The translations under genes and the position numbers were made by a program. Source: Phaeosaccion multiseriatum (lineage: Eukaryota > Protista > Ochrophyta, other classes). From it: DNA of 64,000 bases. Numbering within the stretch: position 1 is the first letter of the stretch; each line of letters opens with the position of its first letter. The stretch is taken from assembly GCA_965112735.1 (NCBI GenBank), contig OZ218963.1, positions 806,001-870,000 of the forward strand, written 5' to 3'. Shown here piece after piece: positions 10,390 through 21,878 of this stretch. The notes below the pieces were generated by a model that saw only the letters and a program-made list of their open reading frames with translations, was not told where the DNA came from and searched no databases.

Positions 10390-13300
10390 GGAAGAAGAAG
10401 AGGAAGAGGAGGAAGGGGAGGAGGAAACGATATCAATTGCAAAAGTCTCAGGGTTCATCGGCTTCCCTTTCCTCGCTCTTAAGCTCTCTCTCTCAACCAC
10501 AACAAGCGATCACTGCCCAAAGGGACGACCACATCACAGAAGCATGCAGGATAGGCTCTTTAGTTACATGCAGTCAGTAAGGGATGCCACACACAAGTAT
10601 TTGCGCTCGTCCGTGCTGCAGTACAGTAGTTCGCTTCCTAAACCCCTTCAACTCTTCCCTCTTCCCTTCTCTTCACCGCCTCAACTGCTCACTCGTTCGT
10701 GTGGTTTCGTTTGTATATATGTGGTGTTTCACCACAGGTTGTGCCCATGCTCAAGCAGCAGCTGGAGAAGAGCATGCTCGATCGAAACTACGTGCAGCTC
10801 GAGAGGGACACCATCCAGACATTTTACGACATTACAAGAAGGGAGGTCAGAGACTTGAACATGTCGGTGACTTTCAAGGACAGAGAAATGGAGCTCATGG
10901 AGGACAACCACCGAGTGGAGGTTAGAGTCTATATGCAAAAGGTGAAGCATATAGAGTACGAGGAGGCCAACAATTTGAAGCGCATCGCCGCGGAGGGGGA
11001 GGACATGCTCGGGCAAGATAAGGACGCGCACATTGGGAGAGAGATGGCTCTGAAGCGCAATAAGAAGGACTTGAAGAGCGAGCTGGGGGACAGGGCCTTG
11101 CTCAATGCGGAGGAGATTACCCAGGTGAGTGAGATTGGGGTGTCACGAGGGGTGGGGAGTAAGGTAGGGGGAGGGGGGGGGAGGAGGGAGGAAGGGGGGG
11201 AGGGGGGAGGGAGGGAAGAAGGGAGGAAGGAGGGAGGGAGGAAGGAAAGAGGGGAGGGGAGGGAGGGAAGATGGGTGCGGGTGGGAGAGGAGGGGAGAGG
11301 AGGTGAGGGGAGGTTACAGGTTGCTTGATTGCTTGAGTGCTTGAGTTGATCTGATTGGATTTGGTTTCTCTTTGCGTTGCGTTGGGTGTGTGTTTTCCAC
11401 ACGCCACGCCCCCCAAACAGATCAAGGAAGCAAACAACAAGAACCTCACTAAGATGCGCGAGGGGTTCGACACCAACGTGTTCCACCTCCGCAAGCGCTG
11501 CACAGAGCGCCTCGATCAGCTGGAGGAAGACCTTGAGCTCCGGCGCAAGGTAAGGGGGGTGGTGTGAGGCGTTACATAAAGCGTTGCTTCTTCTCTTGCC
11601 CATACTTCAACTCTTGCGAGCTGCTTCTCCTCGCTTTCTGCGTACCGTTTCTTGTTGTCTGTCTCTCTATTCTTTCTCTCTCTCTCTCCTCCCCTCCTCT
11701 CTCTCATGTCTTTCTTTATCCCCCTTTCTCCCCCCCTCTCTCCACCCCCTCCCCCCTCCCCGCCTCCCTTCCCTCTGTATCACCAACAGGTGGGGATCCA
11801 CGAAATCGAAGAGCGCAAGAACCTACACATCAACGATCTCATGCGCAATCATGAGAGGGCCTTCGGACAAATGAAGGCGTATTACAACGATATCACAAAT
11901 GACAACTTAAAGCTCATCAAGTCACTGAAGGACGAGCTGATGGAGATGAGAAAGAGGGCAGTCGGCAATCAGAAGCTTATGTACGACATTGGACAGGCAA
12001 GTTGGATTCCAAGTGGTCGATATTGCGAATCGATATCGAAACTGGGTCGAGGGGGGGGGGGGGATGGATGAATGGAACACCCACTGAAATGAAGTGACTG
12101 GGCAGGAGGACGATACGAGTAGTGAAGGTCTACTGAACTGAAACTGAACTGAAACTGAACTGAAACTGAAATGAAACTGAAATGAAGTGACCTGATTGAG
12201 CAGGAGGTCAGCCCAGCTCATGTTATAGACCCTAAACAAATAATCGATGCCCTCGATCTGAAATATCGATCTATTGAGCAGGAGAACAAGAGGCTGAGTG
12301 AGCCTCTGGCGGCGGCTTTGTCGGACGTGTCCGATCTCAAGGCTAACCTTAAGGACCAGGTGAGTGAGTGAGTGAGTGAGTGAGTGAGTGAGTGAGTGAG
12401 TGAGTGAGTGAGTGAGTGAGTGAGTGAGTGAGTGAGTGAGTGAGTGAGTGAGTGAGTGAGTGAGTGAGTGAGTGAGTGAGTGAGTGAGTGAGTGAGTGAG
12501 TGAGTGAGTGAGTGAGTGAGTGAGTGAGTGAGTGAGTGAGTGGGTGGGTGGGTGAGTGAGTGAGTGAGTGAGTGAGTGAGAGAGGGAGTGAGTGAATGAG
12601 TGAGTGAGTGACTGCGTGAGTGAGTGACTGCGTGAGTGAGTGAGTGAGTGAGTGGGTGAGTGAGTGAGTGAGCGAGTGAGTGAATGAGTGAGTGAGTGAG
12701 TGAGTGAGCGAGTGAGTGAGTGGGTGAGTGAGTGAGTGAGTGAGTGAGTGAGTGAGTGAGCGAGTGAGTGAGTGAGTGAGTGAGTGAGTGATTGAGTGAG
12801 TGAGTGATTGAGTGAGTGAGTGAGTGAGTGAGTGAGTGAGTGAGTGAGTGAGTGAGTGAGTGAGTGAGTGAGTGAGTGAGTGAGTGAGTGAGTGAGTGAG
12901 TGAGTGAGTGAGTGAGTGAGTGAGTGAGTGAGTGATGTGAGTGAGTGAGTGAGTAGGTCAGTGAGTAGGTCAGTGAGTAGGTGAGTGAGTGGGGGTTGAT
13001 AGGAGTGACGGGAGGGGGGACGTATACGAGGACAGTGGGGGAAGGGGGGGGGGGGTCATGAGCATAAACTACAAAACAATACAGTTACAGAAAAACTAAA
13101 ACCTGAAACTGCAACACCCATCACAGGACAAAGATCGATTGAGCCTGTCCAATGCACGAGCGCGGCTGAGGATACTTAAGGAGGAGTTGGAGGAGCTGAG
13201 AGAGACGCACGCGGAGAAGGAGGTGGAATTTGATCAGGTGGAGAGGGATAGAGACGACCTCTATGAGCAGTTCGAGGAGGTGAGTGGATGGATGGATGGC

Positions 13301-14496
13301 AGCGGATGGTAGCGGATGGCAGTGAATGGCAGCGGATTGCAGTGGGTGTCAGGACACGGGGAGGGGTTAAGGAATGGGCCGCAAGGAAGGGGTACGACTT
13401 GAACCGCCGCCTCCCTCCCCCTCTCCCTCTCTCTCTCCCTCCCTCCCTCCCTCCCTCTCCCTCTCTCTCTCTCTCCCTCCCTCCCCCCCTCCCTCCCTGC
13501 CTCCCTCCCTGCCTCCCTCCCTCCCTCCCTCCCCCTCTCCCTCTCTCTCTCCCTCCATCCCTCCCCCCCTCCCTGCCTGCCTCCCTCCCTCCCTCCCTCC
13601 CTCCCTCCCTCTCTCCCTCCCTCCCTCCCTCCCCCTCTACTCCCCTCCCTCTCTGCCTCCCTCCCTGCCTCCCTCCCTCCACATATACACAGGCGGTGCA
13701 GGAGATCCAACAGAAGAGCAACTTCCGCAACCTTGTGCTGGAGCAGAAGATGCACAACATGGAGGGGAGCATAGAGAAGAGTGGGCTGCAGCTCAACGAG
13801 ATCATCGACGCCGCCCAGCTCGACCCCACCGAGGTAAGTTTGAGTTTCAGTTTCGAATGTCAGCAGCCTCTGCGTGGGCCATCGTCATCTTGTGTTGTTG
13901 AGTAGCGTGGGAGGGACAAATAAGCACTTCCCTCTTAACCCCTCCCTCCCCTCCTCCCCCACTCCCGCTCTCCCTCCCTCCCGCTCTTCCTCTTTTCCTC
14001 CCCCTACCTTCCCTCCCCCCTACCTTCCCTCCTCTCTCCCTCCCTCCTTCCTTCCTCCCCTCCCTCCCTCCCTCCCTCCCTCCCTCCCTCCCTCCCGCCC
14101 TCCCTCCCTTCCTTCCTTCCTTCCTTCCTTCCTTCCTCCCTCTCTCCCTTCCTTCTTCCTTCCTCTCCGCCTCCCTCCCTCCGTATCACCAACAGGTGGA
14201 CCAGCTGATGGGTGGTCTGGACGAGATGCTTTCTGCTAAGAACGCCACCATCAAGGACCTGCAGTTCCAGCTCGTCAAGGTCGCCAAGGTGAGTGGGGAG
14301 TTCAAGTTCGAGTTTCAGTTTTTCAGAGTGCCTACTTTCTATACAGATAAGGTCATACGAACTAAAAACTCTATATCCCTGGTTGGTGGTGACTCCTCTC
14401 CGGATCGGTCATGGTCCTCAGGTCTATTGAACTGAAACTGAAACTGAATCCCTGCCCTCTTCCCCCCCCCCCTCGCCCTCTTGTCTCTGTCCCTCC

Positions 14497-14528
<32 letters not shown>

Positions 14529-14747
14529 CTATCTCTCTCTGCCTTTTCCTCTCTCCCTCTCTGTCCACTAAACCACCGAACCATCCCCAACCATCGCACA
14601 CACACACAGCGCTACAACGACTCGAGACGAACGTACGAACAGAAGCTTGTGGATATCGGAATTCCGCAGTCAGAGTTCGCGTCCATCGGCTTTGCCCCAC
14701 TGCGGTACCACACTTACTCCGGGCCAGCAGGCCTCGTGGTCAAGTAA
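10183..14747 (+). CDS. GAS8: Dynein regulatory complex subunit 4 (GAS8/GAS11/PF2/trypanin family)
   Basis: Exons approx. 10183-10290, 10738-11124, 11421-11549, 11790-11996, 12282-12359, 13127-13279, 13693-13833, 14196-14288, 14610-14747. Motifs: MPPKKKGKGK, RNYVQLERD...FYDIT, [104 protein letters not shown], C-terminal GPAGLV. Confidence 0.96.
12360..12990. repeat. (GTGA)n microsatellite starting at a GAS8 5' splice site
   Basis: The intron begins ag|gtgagtgagtgagt... and the repeat continues for about 600 nt. Confidence 0.97.
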
Positions 14748-15094
14748 AGCAGGAAAAGTCAAGTTCAAGTCAAGTATAGGAGAGTGAGCTTTTTGTGTGT
14801 ATAAAGTATATAGGTCAAGGCCATAAGGGAGAAGTGGACAAGAGGGCAGCCGAATCTATCCATCCCGTAATCAATCAATCGATCAATCAATCAATCGACC
14901 GATCAATCAATCAATCATGCGCTGCGCATCAACCACCCCCTCGTCCTTCTCTTCGCCTCTTTTGATTAAACTTAATTGCCGCCATTAGTGTTTCTCACCC
15001 CCCTTACCTACCCTTACGTAACCGTCTCACACCCCTTACGTAACCGTCTCACACCCCTTACGTATACATTGGCCTCGCTGCGTGCGTGCGTGTG

Positions 15095-15130
<36 letters not shown>

Positions 15131-15208
15131 GAAAGAGAGAGAGAGAGAGAGAGAGTGTGTGTGTGTATGTGTGCGTGCGTGTGTGCACACGTGCGTGTGT
15201 GTGTTTAC

Positions 15209-15421
15209 CTACAAGTGCCTCACCGGCCCTTTTGCCTTGTACACTTTGGCTTCAAAGCCGTCGCCAACGAACCCCCCGAAGAGCAACAAGTCCTCCCCAA
15301 TGCGTGTCAGGGTGTGACCACTCCTTCCGTCCACGGGCGACTCCCCAGGAAAGCCCATATTCGTCTCGTCTACCCACTCACATGCAGGCGGCACAGGGGG
15401 AGGAGGAGGGAAAGGCTCACC

Positions 15422-15454
<33 letters not shown>

Positions 15455-17656
15455 ACTACTACTATTATTACTGCTTCCCACTTTGCTGCTGTTACTGCTG
15501 CTGCCCATATGACTACTGCTGCCGGTGGTGGTGATGGCGCGGACATCGATGGCCCAGAGGTCGTCTAAGTGTGCCATGATGACCTCCACTTCTTCCTCTT
15601 CTTCTTCCTCTTCAACCTCTTGCCCTTCGTGCTTCATCAACTGCTGCTGCTGGTGCTGCTGCTTGGGTATCTCCACCAGCCCATGACCCCCAAACAGAAA
15701 CACCACATCCCCCACGCTCTCCAACGCACTTAGACGCCGAGGGGACGGACCTACCCCCTCGAGCATCACAGGAGTCCAGGTGCAGCTCCACACGGAACTG
15801 TAACTGCCGTAACTGCCACTTGTCGTACTGCTGAAATTGCTGTTGGGCGCTCGTTCCCCTCTCCTTCCTCCTTGCCCTTGCCCTTCTTCTTGAGCAGCAG
15901 AAACCAAGCTCTGCTGCCCCCAACGCCGCTCGCACACCCACAAGTCGTTGAGAGGTTGGGTCTCCGCCTGCTGCCCCCCGTGGTCGTCGTCGCCAGGCCC
16001 AGCCCCACCCCCAGTGCCATTCCTGTTGCCCACCCCATTCTCCCCCTTCTCCTCCTCCTCCCCCTCCTCCTCCGCCACCTCCATCCCCTCCCCATCCACT
16101 GCCATCGCCGTCGCCATCTCCTCCTCCTGGACAGAGTACCCAACTCCACCAAACAGCACAAGAGTCCCCGCGGAGGTTGCAGTGATTGAGTGGTCGGAGC
16201 GGGCACAGGGACACGGTTGCAGCGAGGAGGGCGAGGAGGGCATCGAGGAGGACTCCTCAACACCTCCACCACCTCCTCCTCCTCCTTCTTCTTCCCGGCC
16301 CTTGTCGCCGATTGCAACAGTCTCGCTGCTGCCCATCTGCCTGTTGCTGCTGCTTTCGGGGTTACACACCTCTACCACCGCTCGCTCCCACTGGCGACGC
16401 CCAACGTCAAACACCCAAAGGTCGTCCAGCAAACCTCCGGCCCCCTCGCCACCGTGGACGCACACAAAGCCTCTGCCTCCTCCTCCTCTTCCCCGTCCAC
16501 TGCCATCGCCACTCCCCCAGGCGCATTGCGCATGGTTGATTCTCCCTTCGGGCGCCTCCCCCTCGTCCCTCCGCCTGCTCCTACTCAGTCGGGCGGGTGG
16601 CTCTGTTTCAACAGCAGCAGCAGAAGCAGCAGTAGTAGTAGCAGCTGGTGGTGGTGCAGCAGTTGGTGATACAGCGCGGCCGGAGTGCTCCCTGCTCCAT
16701 GCGACGGCACTTGGTGAGAAGCTCCACAAGTCGTTTAGATAAGCATCTCCATCCGTGCCTCCAAACAAGAACAGAGTGTTCTCATCAGCTCCCTCCTCCT
16801 CCTCCTCCTCCTCCTCTTCCACCACCACCACCCCTCCGCCGTCTGTGTCATCTTCGTCCATTGGAGCGGCGTCGCTGTTGGTGCTCGTCCCACTATTGTT
16901 TTGGCACTGCTGCTGCTGCTGCTGCTTCTTTGCCAGCTGCTGCCCGTGGCAAGTCCTGGAGATGATGCCGCAGCCTCGGGCATAGATGCGGGGGAAGGGA
17001 GAAGCGCCGCCTCCTGCTGCTTGTACTACTTCTACTCGACTCCACGCCAGCGCTGTGGTGTCAAAGTTCCACACCTCCTAAGATGGGCCCACGGCGGCAT
17101 GTGTGGGGGGGGGAGACAGAGGGAGAGGAATGAAGATGAGGGCAAGTGGGACGAGAGGAACGGAAAAAGCCCTGTCCAACGTGGACCACCACATGATAGG
17201 ACTCGTACGGACGGCCAAGAACTCATACGAAGACAAGGGGAGTCATTTCATTCGGCAACCAAGGCCGATACTGCTGGCCGCGAGCTAGCTACAGGAGACA
17301 GCGACGGTACAGGAAGATAGAGAGGACACACGCACGAGGAGAGGGGGGGGGGGGGGAGAAAAGCGAATGATGGAGGTGGATGAAGGAGAGTGTGTGTGTG
17401 TGTGAGAAACTACTTATCCCCTCCCCTCCGCTCTCTCTCTCTCACCTACCTCGAGAGCGCCCTTCTCGTTCATCCCCCCCACCACGAGGAGATTCCCGCT
17501 GCTAGTGGTGATGGTCGTGTGGTCCGTCCTCCCCTCAGGACAAAGCCCCCCCCCCCCGGCCCTGGCCTTGGCTCCATCCGACGCTCTGGAACTCCTCTTT
17601 CCTTTGCCTGGTCGTGTTTGCACAGGGCGGAGCTCGCTCCAAAGTGACAGAGTCAT
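15209..17656 (-). CDS. Kelch-repeat (beta-propeller) protein with low-complexity inserts, 2 exons
   Basis: Exon 1 approx. 17656-17450 (PEGRTDHTT...LLVVGG...GALE); exon 2 17077-15209. Kelch motifs: [25 protein letters not shown]...[24 protein letters not shown]...LVLFGG, PSPRR...VFLFGG, GRSGHTL...LLLFGG. Start codon uncertain (an in-frame ATG also lies at 17776). Confidence 0.85.
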
Positions 17657-17800
17657 CTGCAATCTCTGTGCGAGAGAGGGAAGGAAAAGAGAGGGCAGAA
17701 GGAGAAGGTTGCGCGTTGGTGCTACGTATGTTGTCGAGTCAGCTTCTTGTTTATCCGCCCGTTGTTCGTATGCCATAAAAACCCAGGCAAGGGGCGAAAG

Positions 17801-18341
17801 ATGGCGCGCAGAAGAAGGGGAAGAGGAACTAGCAGCGCGGGTGGAAGCTGCGCTCGGAGCTCATGTATCGCGGTCTTCATGGGCACGTGTCTCCTCTTTA
17901 TGGTGCTCTTCAATAGCGGCACAGGATGGGGGACAAAGAAGGGCAACCTCCGTGGAGAGAGTGAGTAAAACGGAGGAGGGAGGGGAAGGAACAGGGTGGG
18001 ACTACTTCATCACCTGCGTTTGTGCGTGTGAAATACTATCGGGGTGGAGCGGAGCTCCTTATCAGCGGGGGGAAAGTGTGTCCTCCGCTGCGAGAGAAGC
18101 TAAAGAGTCATTGGTCTCTCTCGCCCATCGCCACGACAAATTGCAATCCAATCCTTGGCGTTCTGATGCCTTCTTCGATATGTGATTCACCCTTGTCGCT
18201 TGGGCACTTAATTCCTTCCAACTTGGCCCCACTATCAACAGCAGGGAGTGGGTGTGGTCCCGTCTATTATCGTGTGGCGCTTGCTGCCCCGCTCTCTCTC
18301 ACTCTCTCTCCTCCTTCTCTCTCTCTCTTCCCATCTCCTCC

Positions 18342-18379
<38 letters not shown>

Positions 18380-21300
18380 CTCCCATTTCTCGTTCGCCCT
18401 CGCGTCTACTCCATATAGAGATCAAGGTGAGACAAACTGGCCACAGACAAGGGCAGGGGTAAAGGATTGCACTCCGCCTGGAGAAGAGGGGAAAAGAGCG
18501 GTACCCTCTATCTACCCGCCACCCCCTATCCTTTCTCATGCGCCCAGTTTAGCTAACGTATTGCGCGGTGTATTTGTTGTGTGTCCATGGATGAATGACA
18601 GACCGGAGCAGGGGGCATGCTTGATCAGAAAGGAGCAGGAGCAGGAGGAGGAGGAGGAGGAGAAGAAGAAGAAGAAGGAGGAGGAGGAGGAGGAGGAGGA
18701 GGAGGAGGAGGAGGAGGAGGAGGAGGAGGAAAAGAAGAAGAAAAAGTGAATGTTTCAGGGGGCGCTGCGGCTTCAGCGAAGGGGGGAATCGCAGCTGAGG
18801 AAGGAGTGGGAGTAGAGGCAGAGCAAGCTGCAGCGGCAGTAGTAGAAGGAGAAGCGGAAGTCAAGCAAGAAGGAGGAGGAGGAGGAGGAGGAGGAGGAGG
18901 AGGAGGAGGAGGAGGGGGGGGGGAGGAGAAGGAGTGGGAGCAGAGAAACCAGCAGCTGCAGCAGCAGAAAAAGCAGGAGCAGGAGCAGCAGCAGCGCAGC
19001 AGAAGGTTAAGAAGCCCGCTACCGGCAATAAGGCAATGGAGGACTTCTTACAGTTTGGCGTGTCCAAAGACTTTGCCAACACGCTGTACGACCAACACGC
19101 CAACAAGGAGGGGGGCATGGAAGCCGAGTACGACGGTTACTCGTGGCAGCCCGTGGGCTTTATGCGCAACGTCACGTCCACTCGGAAACTCTCTGACCCC
19201 AGGGGGGTGGACGGTTTCGTGAGGTTCTGCAAGCTTGACTACAAGGCGTATCAGGATGAGCCGCAGGTGAGTGTGAGTTGTTGTTGTTGACGCTTCGGTT
19301 TGAGTGGAGCTATCATCAGAGTGTGAGTTGGAGTTCATTACCCCCCCCCTCCCCTTCCCTTTGCCAGGTTGGTTCAAAAGATTGGTCGTGGTAAGGTCTA
19401 CGAAACTTGAAGTGAAACAGATCCCCCCCCCCTCCTCCTCTTGGTCCTCCTCATCCTCCTCGCCCTCCTCCTGCTCCTCCTCCTCCCCCTCCTTGTCATC
19501 GTCCTCCTCCTTCTTGTCCTCTTCCTCCGTCCCTCCCTCCCTCCCGTCCCTCCCTACCTACCTCCCCCCTATACCCCTCCACCCCACGCACCCACGTACC
19601 CTATCAGACCGTTCCCATGATGCAGATGCTCGTCAAGGCGACGAAGGAGTGCGGCAAGGCCGCCAACATCACGCGTGTGTACCACATGGACGATCTCACT
19701 CAAGCAGTCGAGGCAGACACGACAGGGAGCAAGTATCCCTTCCCCGCGGGATTCATCTTTCATCAGGTACGTGCCGACGTGTGTGTGTGCATGTGTGTGT
19801 GTGTGCGTGCGTGTGTGTGTGCATGTGTGTGTGTGTGCGCGCGCGCGTGTGTGCCTGTCTGTGTTTCAGATTTCACACCCCACAAACCCCTCCCCAGCAT
19901 CGCCCTCGGCACTCACCTCTTCCTCCCTCTCCCTCTCCCCCTCCTCCTCCTCCTCCTCCTCCTCCTCCCCATCCTCCTCCTCCTCCTCCTCCTCCTCCTC
20001 CTCCTCCTCCTCCCCCTCCTCCTCCCTCCTCCTCCTCCTCCTCCCCCTCCTCCTCCTCCTCCTCCTCCTCCTCCTCCTCCTCCTCCTCCTCCTCCTCCTC
20101 CTCCTCCTCCTCCCCCTCCTCCTCCTCCTCCTCCTCCTCCTCCTCCTCCTCCTCCTCCTCCTCCTCCTCCTCCTCCTCCTCCTCCTCCTCCTCCTCCTCC
20201 TCCTCCTCCTCCTCCTCCTCCTCCTCCTCCTCCTCCTCCTCCTCCTCCTCCTCCTCCTCCTCCTCCTCCTCCTCCTCCTCCTCCTCCTCCTCCTCCTCCT
20301 CCTCCTCCTCCTCCTCCTCCTCCTCCTCCTCCTCCTCCTCCCCTCAATAGACCCGATGTGGCTCTACTTTGGCCGCCAATATGATCGCGAGTGTGCCCAC
20401 GAACGTTATGCAGAGCGAGAGCGCCCCTCCAGCGGTAGGTACCTCATTGACTTACTTCCTAGGTACCTCATTGACTTACTTCCTACTTGTGACTCTTGCT
20501 GTTACTCATTCTATTGACGTACTGCCAACTACTCACTCTCACCGACTTACTACTCACTCATGTGATGCATCGGTCACTTCCATCCACTGACTGCCGCCCG
20601 TCCCCATCATCCATCCACTTCCACTTCCATCTCCACCCCCATGATTCATCGCTCCATCAGGTGGTGATTAATAGGTTAGCGACACCCCAAACCCCGCGGC
20701 CTGACCGCCTACGCATGCTGCGGGTCATCATGCGCATACAGGTCAGTGAGCACTAAGTCAGTGGGTGGTTAGTAAGTCAGTGGGTGGTTAGTAAGTCAGT
20801 AGTGGGTGGGTAGTGAGTCAGTAGCGGGTGGGTAGTGAGTCATGATTGGATGGGCAGTAGTTTACTGGGTGTTTGGGTGTGTGTGTGTGGGTATGAAGTC
20901 AGTGGGTGGGTGTGTGTGGGTATTAAGTCAGTGGGTGGGTGTGTGTGGGTATTAAGTCAGTGGGTGGGTGGGTGTGGGTATGAAGTCAGTGGGTGGGTGG
21001 GTGTGGGTATTAAGTCAGTGGGTGGGTGGGTGTGGGTATTAATTCAGTGGGTGGGTGTGTGGGTATTAAGTCAGTGGGTGGGTGGGTGTGGGTATTAAGT
21101 CAGTGGGTGGGTGTGTGGGTGGGCAGAGAGGGTGGGCAGGGGACCGTTTCACTCGTAACAATCGACTCTTCTCCTTATCTGTCTCTCTCTCTCGTCCTCC
21201 TCTCTGTCTGTCTCCTCTCTCTCTCCCTTCCTCTCTCTCTCCTTTCTCCCTCACCCACTCTCTCTCCCTCTCTCCTCTCTCTCTGTCTTGTCTCTCTCTC

Positions 21301-21845
21301 TCTCTTCTCGCTCCTCCCTCCCTCTCTCTCTCTCCACATAGGGCTATATTCCAGGGCACACGCACTCTTTTTTCAAGTTCCAAAATGCGAAATTGGTGAA
21401 CGATATGACAGACGCATTCCCAGAAACGCCTTGGGTGTATCTCTTTCGCGAGCCGACGGAGGTGAGGAGTGGGACGGAGGGACGGGGGTGAGGTGCGGGG
21501 AGGGGAGCTTAGCAGTCGGAGGGTGTAGGAGAGGGTTGGGGGGTGGGGTGAGGGGAGGAGGAGGAGGAGGAGGAGGAGGAGGAGGAGGAGGAGGAGTCCT
21601 CAGTCACTGTCATTCTCACCCCCCTTGGCCGCCGCCATGCTTTTCTGTTCCGCGTCCTCTTCCTTATTATTCATTCCGTTTAATTCATTCCTTCACTCTT
21701 TCCTTTCCCACCCCCTCCCACCCTCCCTCCTCCCCTCCCTCTCTCATCCACTCGCTCACTCACTCACTCATGAACTCCCTCTCTCCTCCCCTCCCTCGCT
21801 CTCTCCCTCCCTCTCTCGCCCCCCCCCCACCCTCCCTCTCTCCCT

Positions 21846-21878
<33 letters not shown>

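Noticed and set aside
15001-15064. Tandem 23-nt repeat containing the TTACGTAA palindrome as a regulatory site
   Set aside because: It lies between convergent 3' ends; nothing supports function beyond a local duplication.
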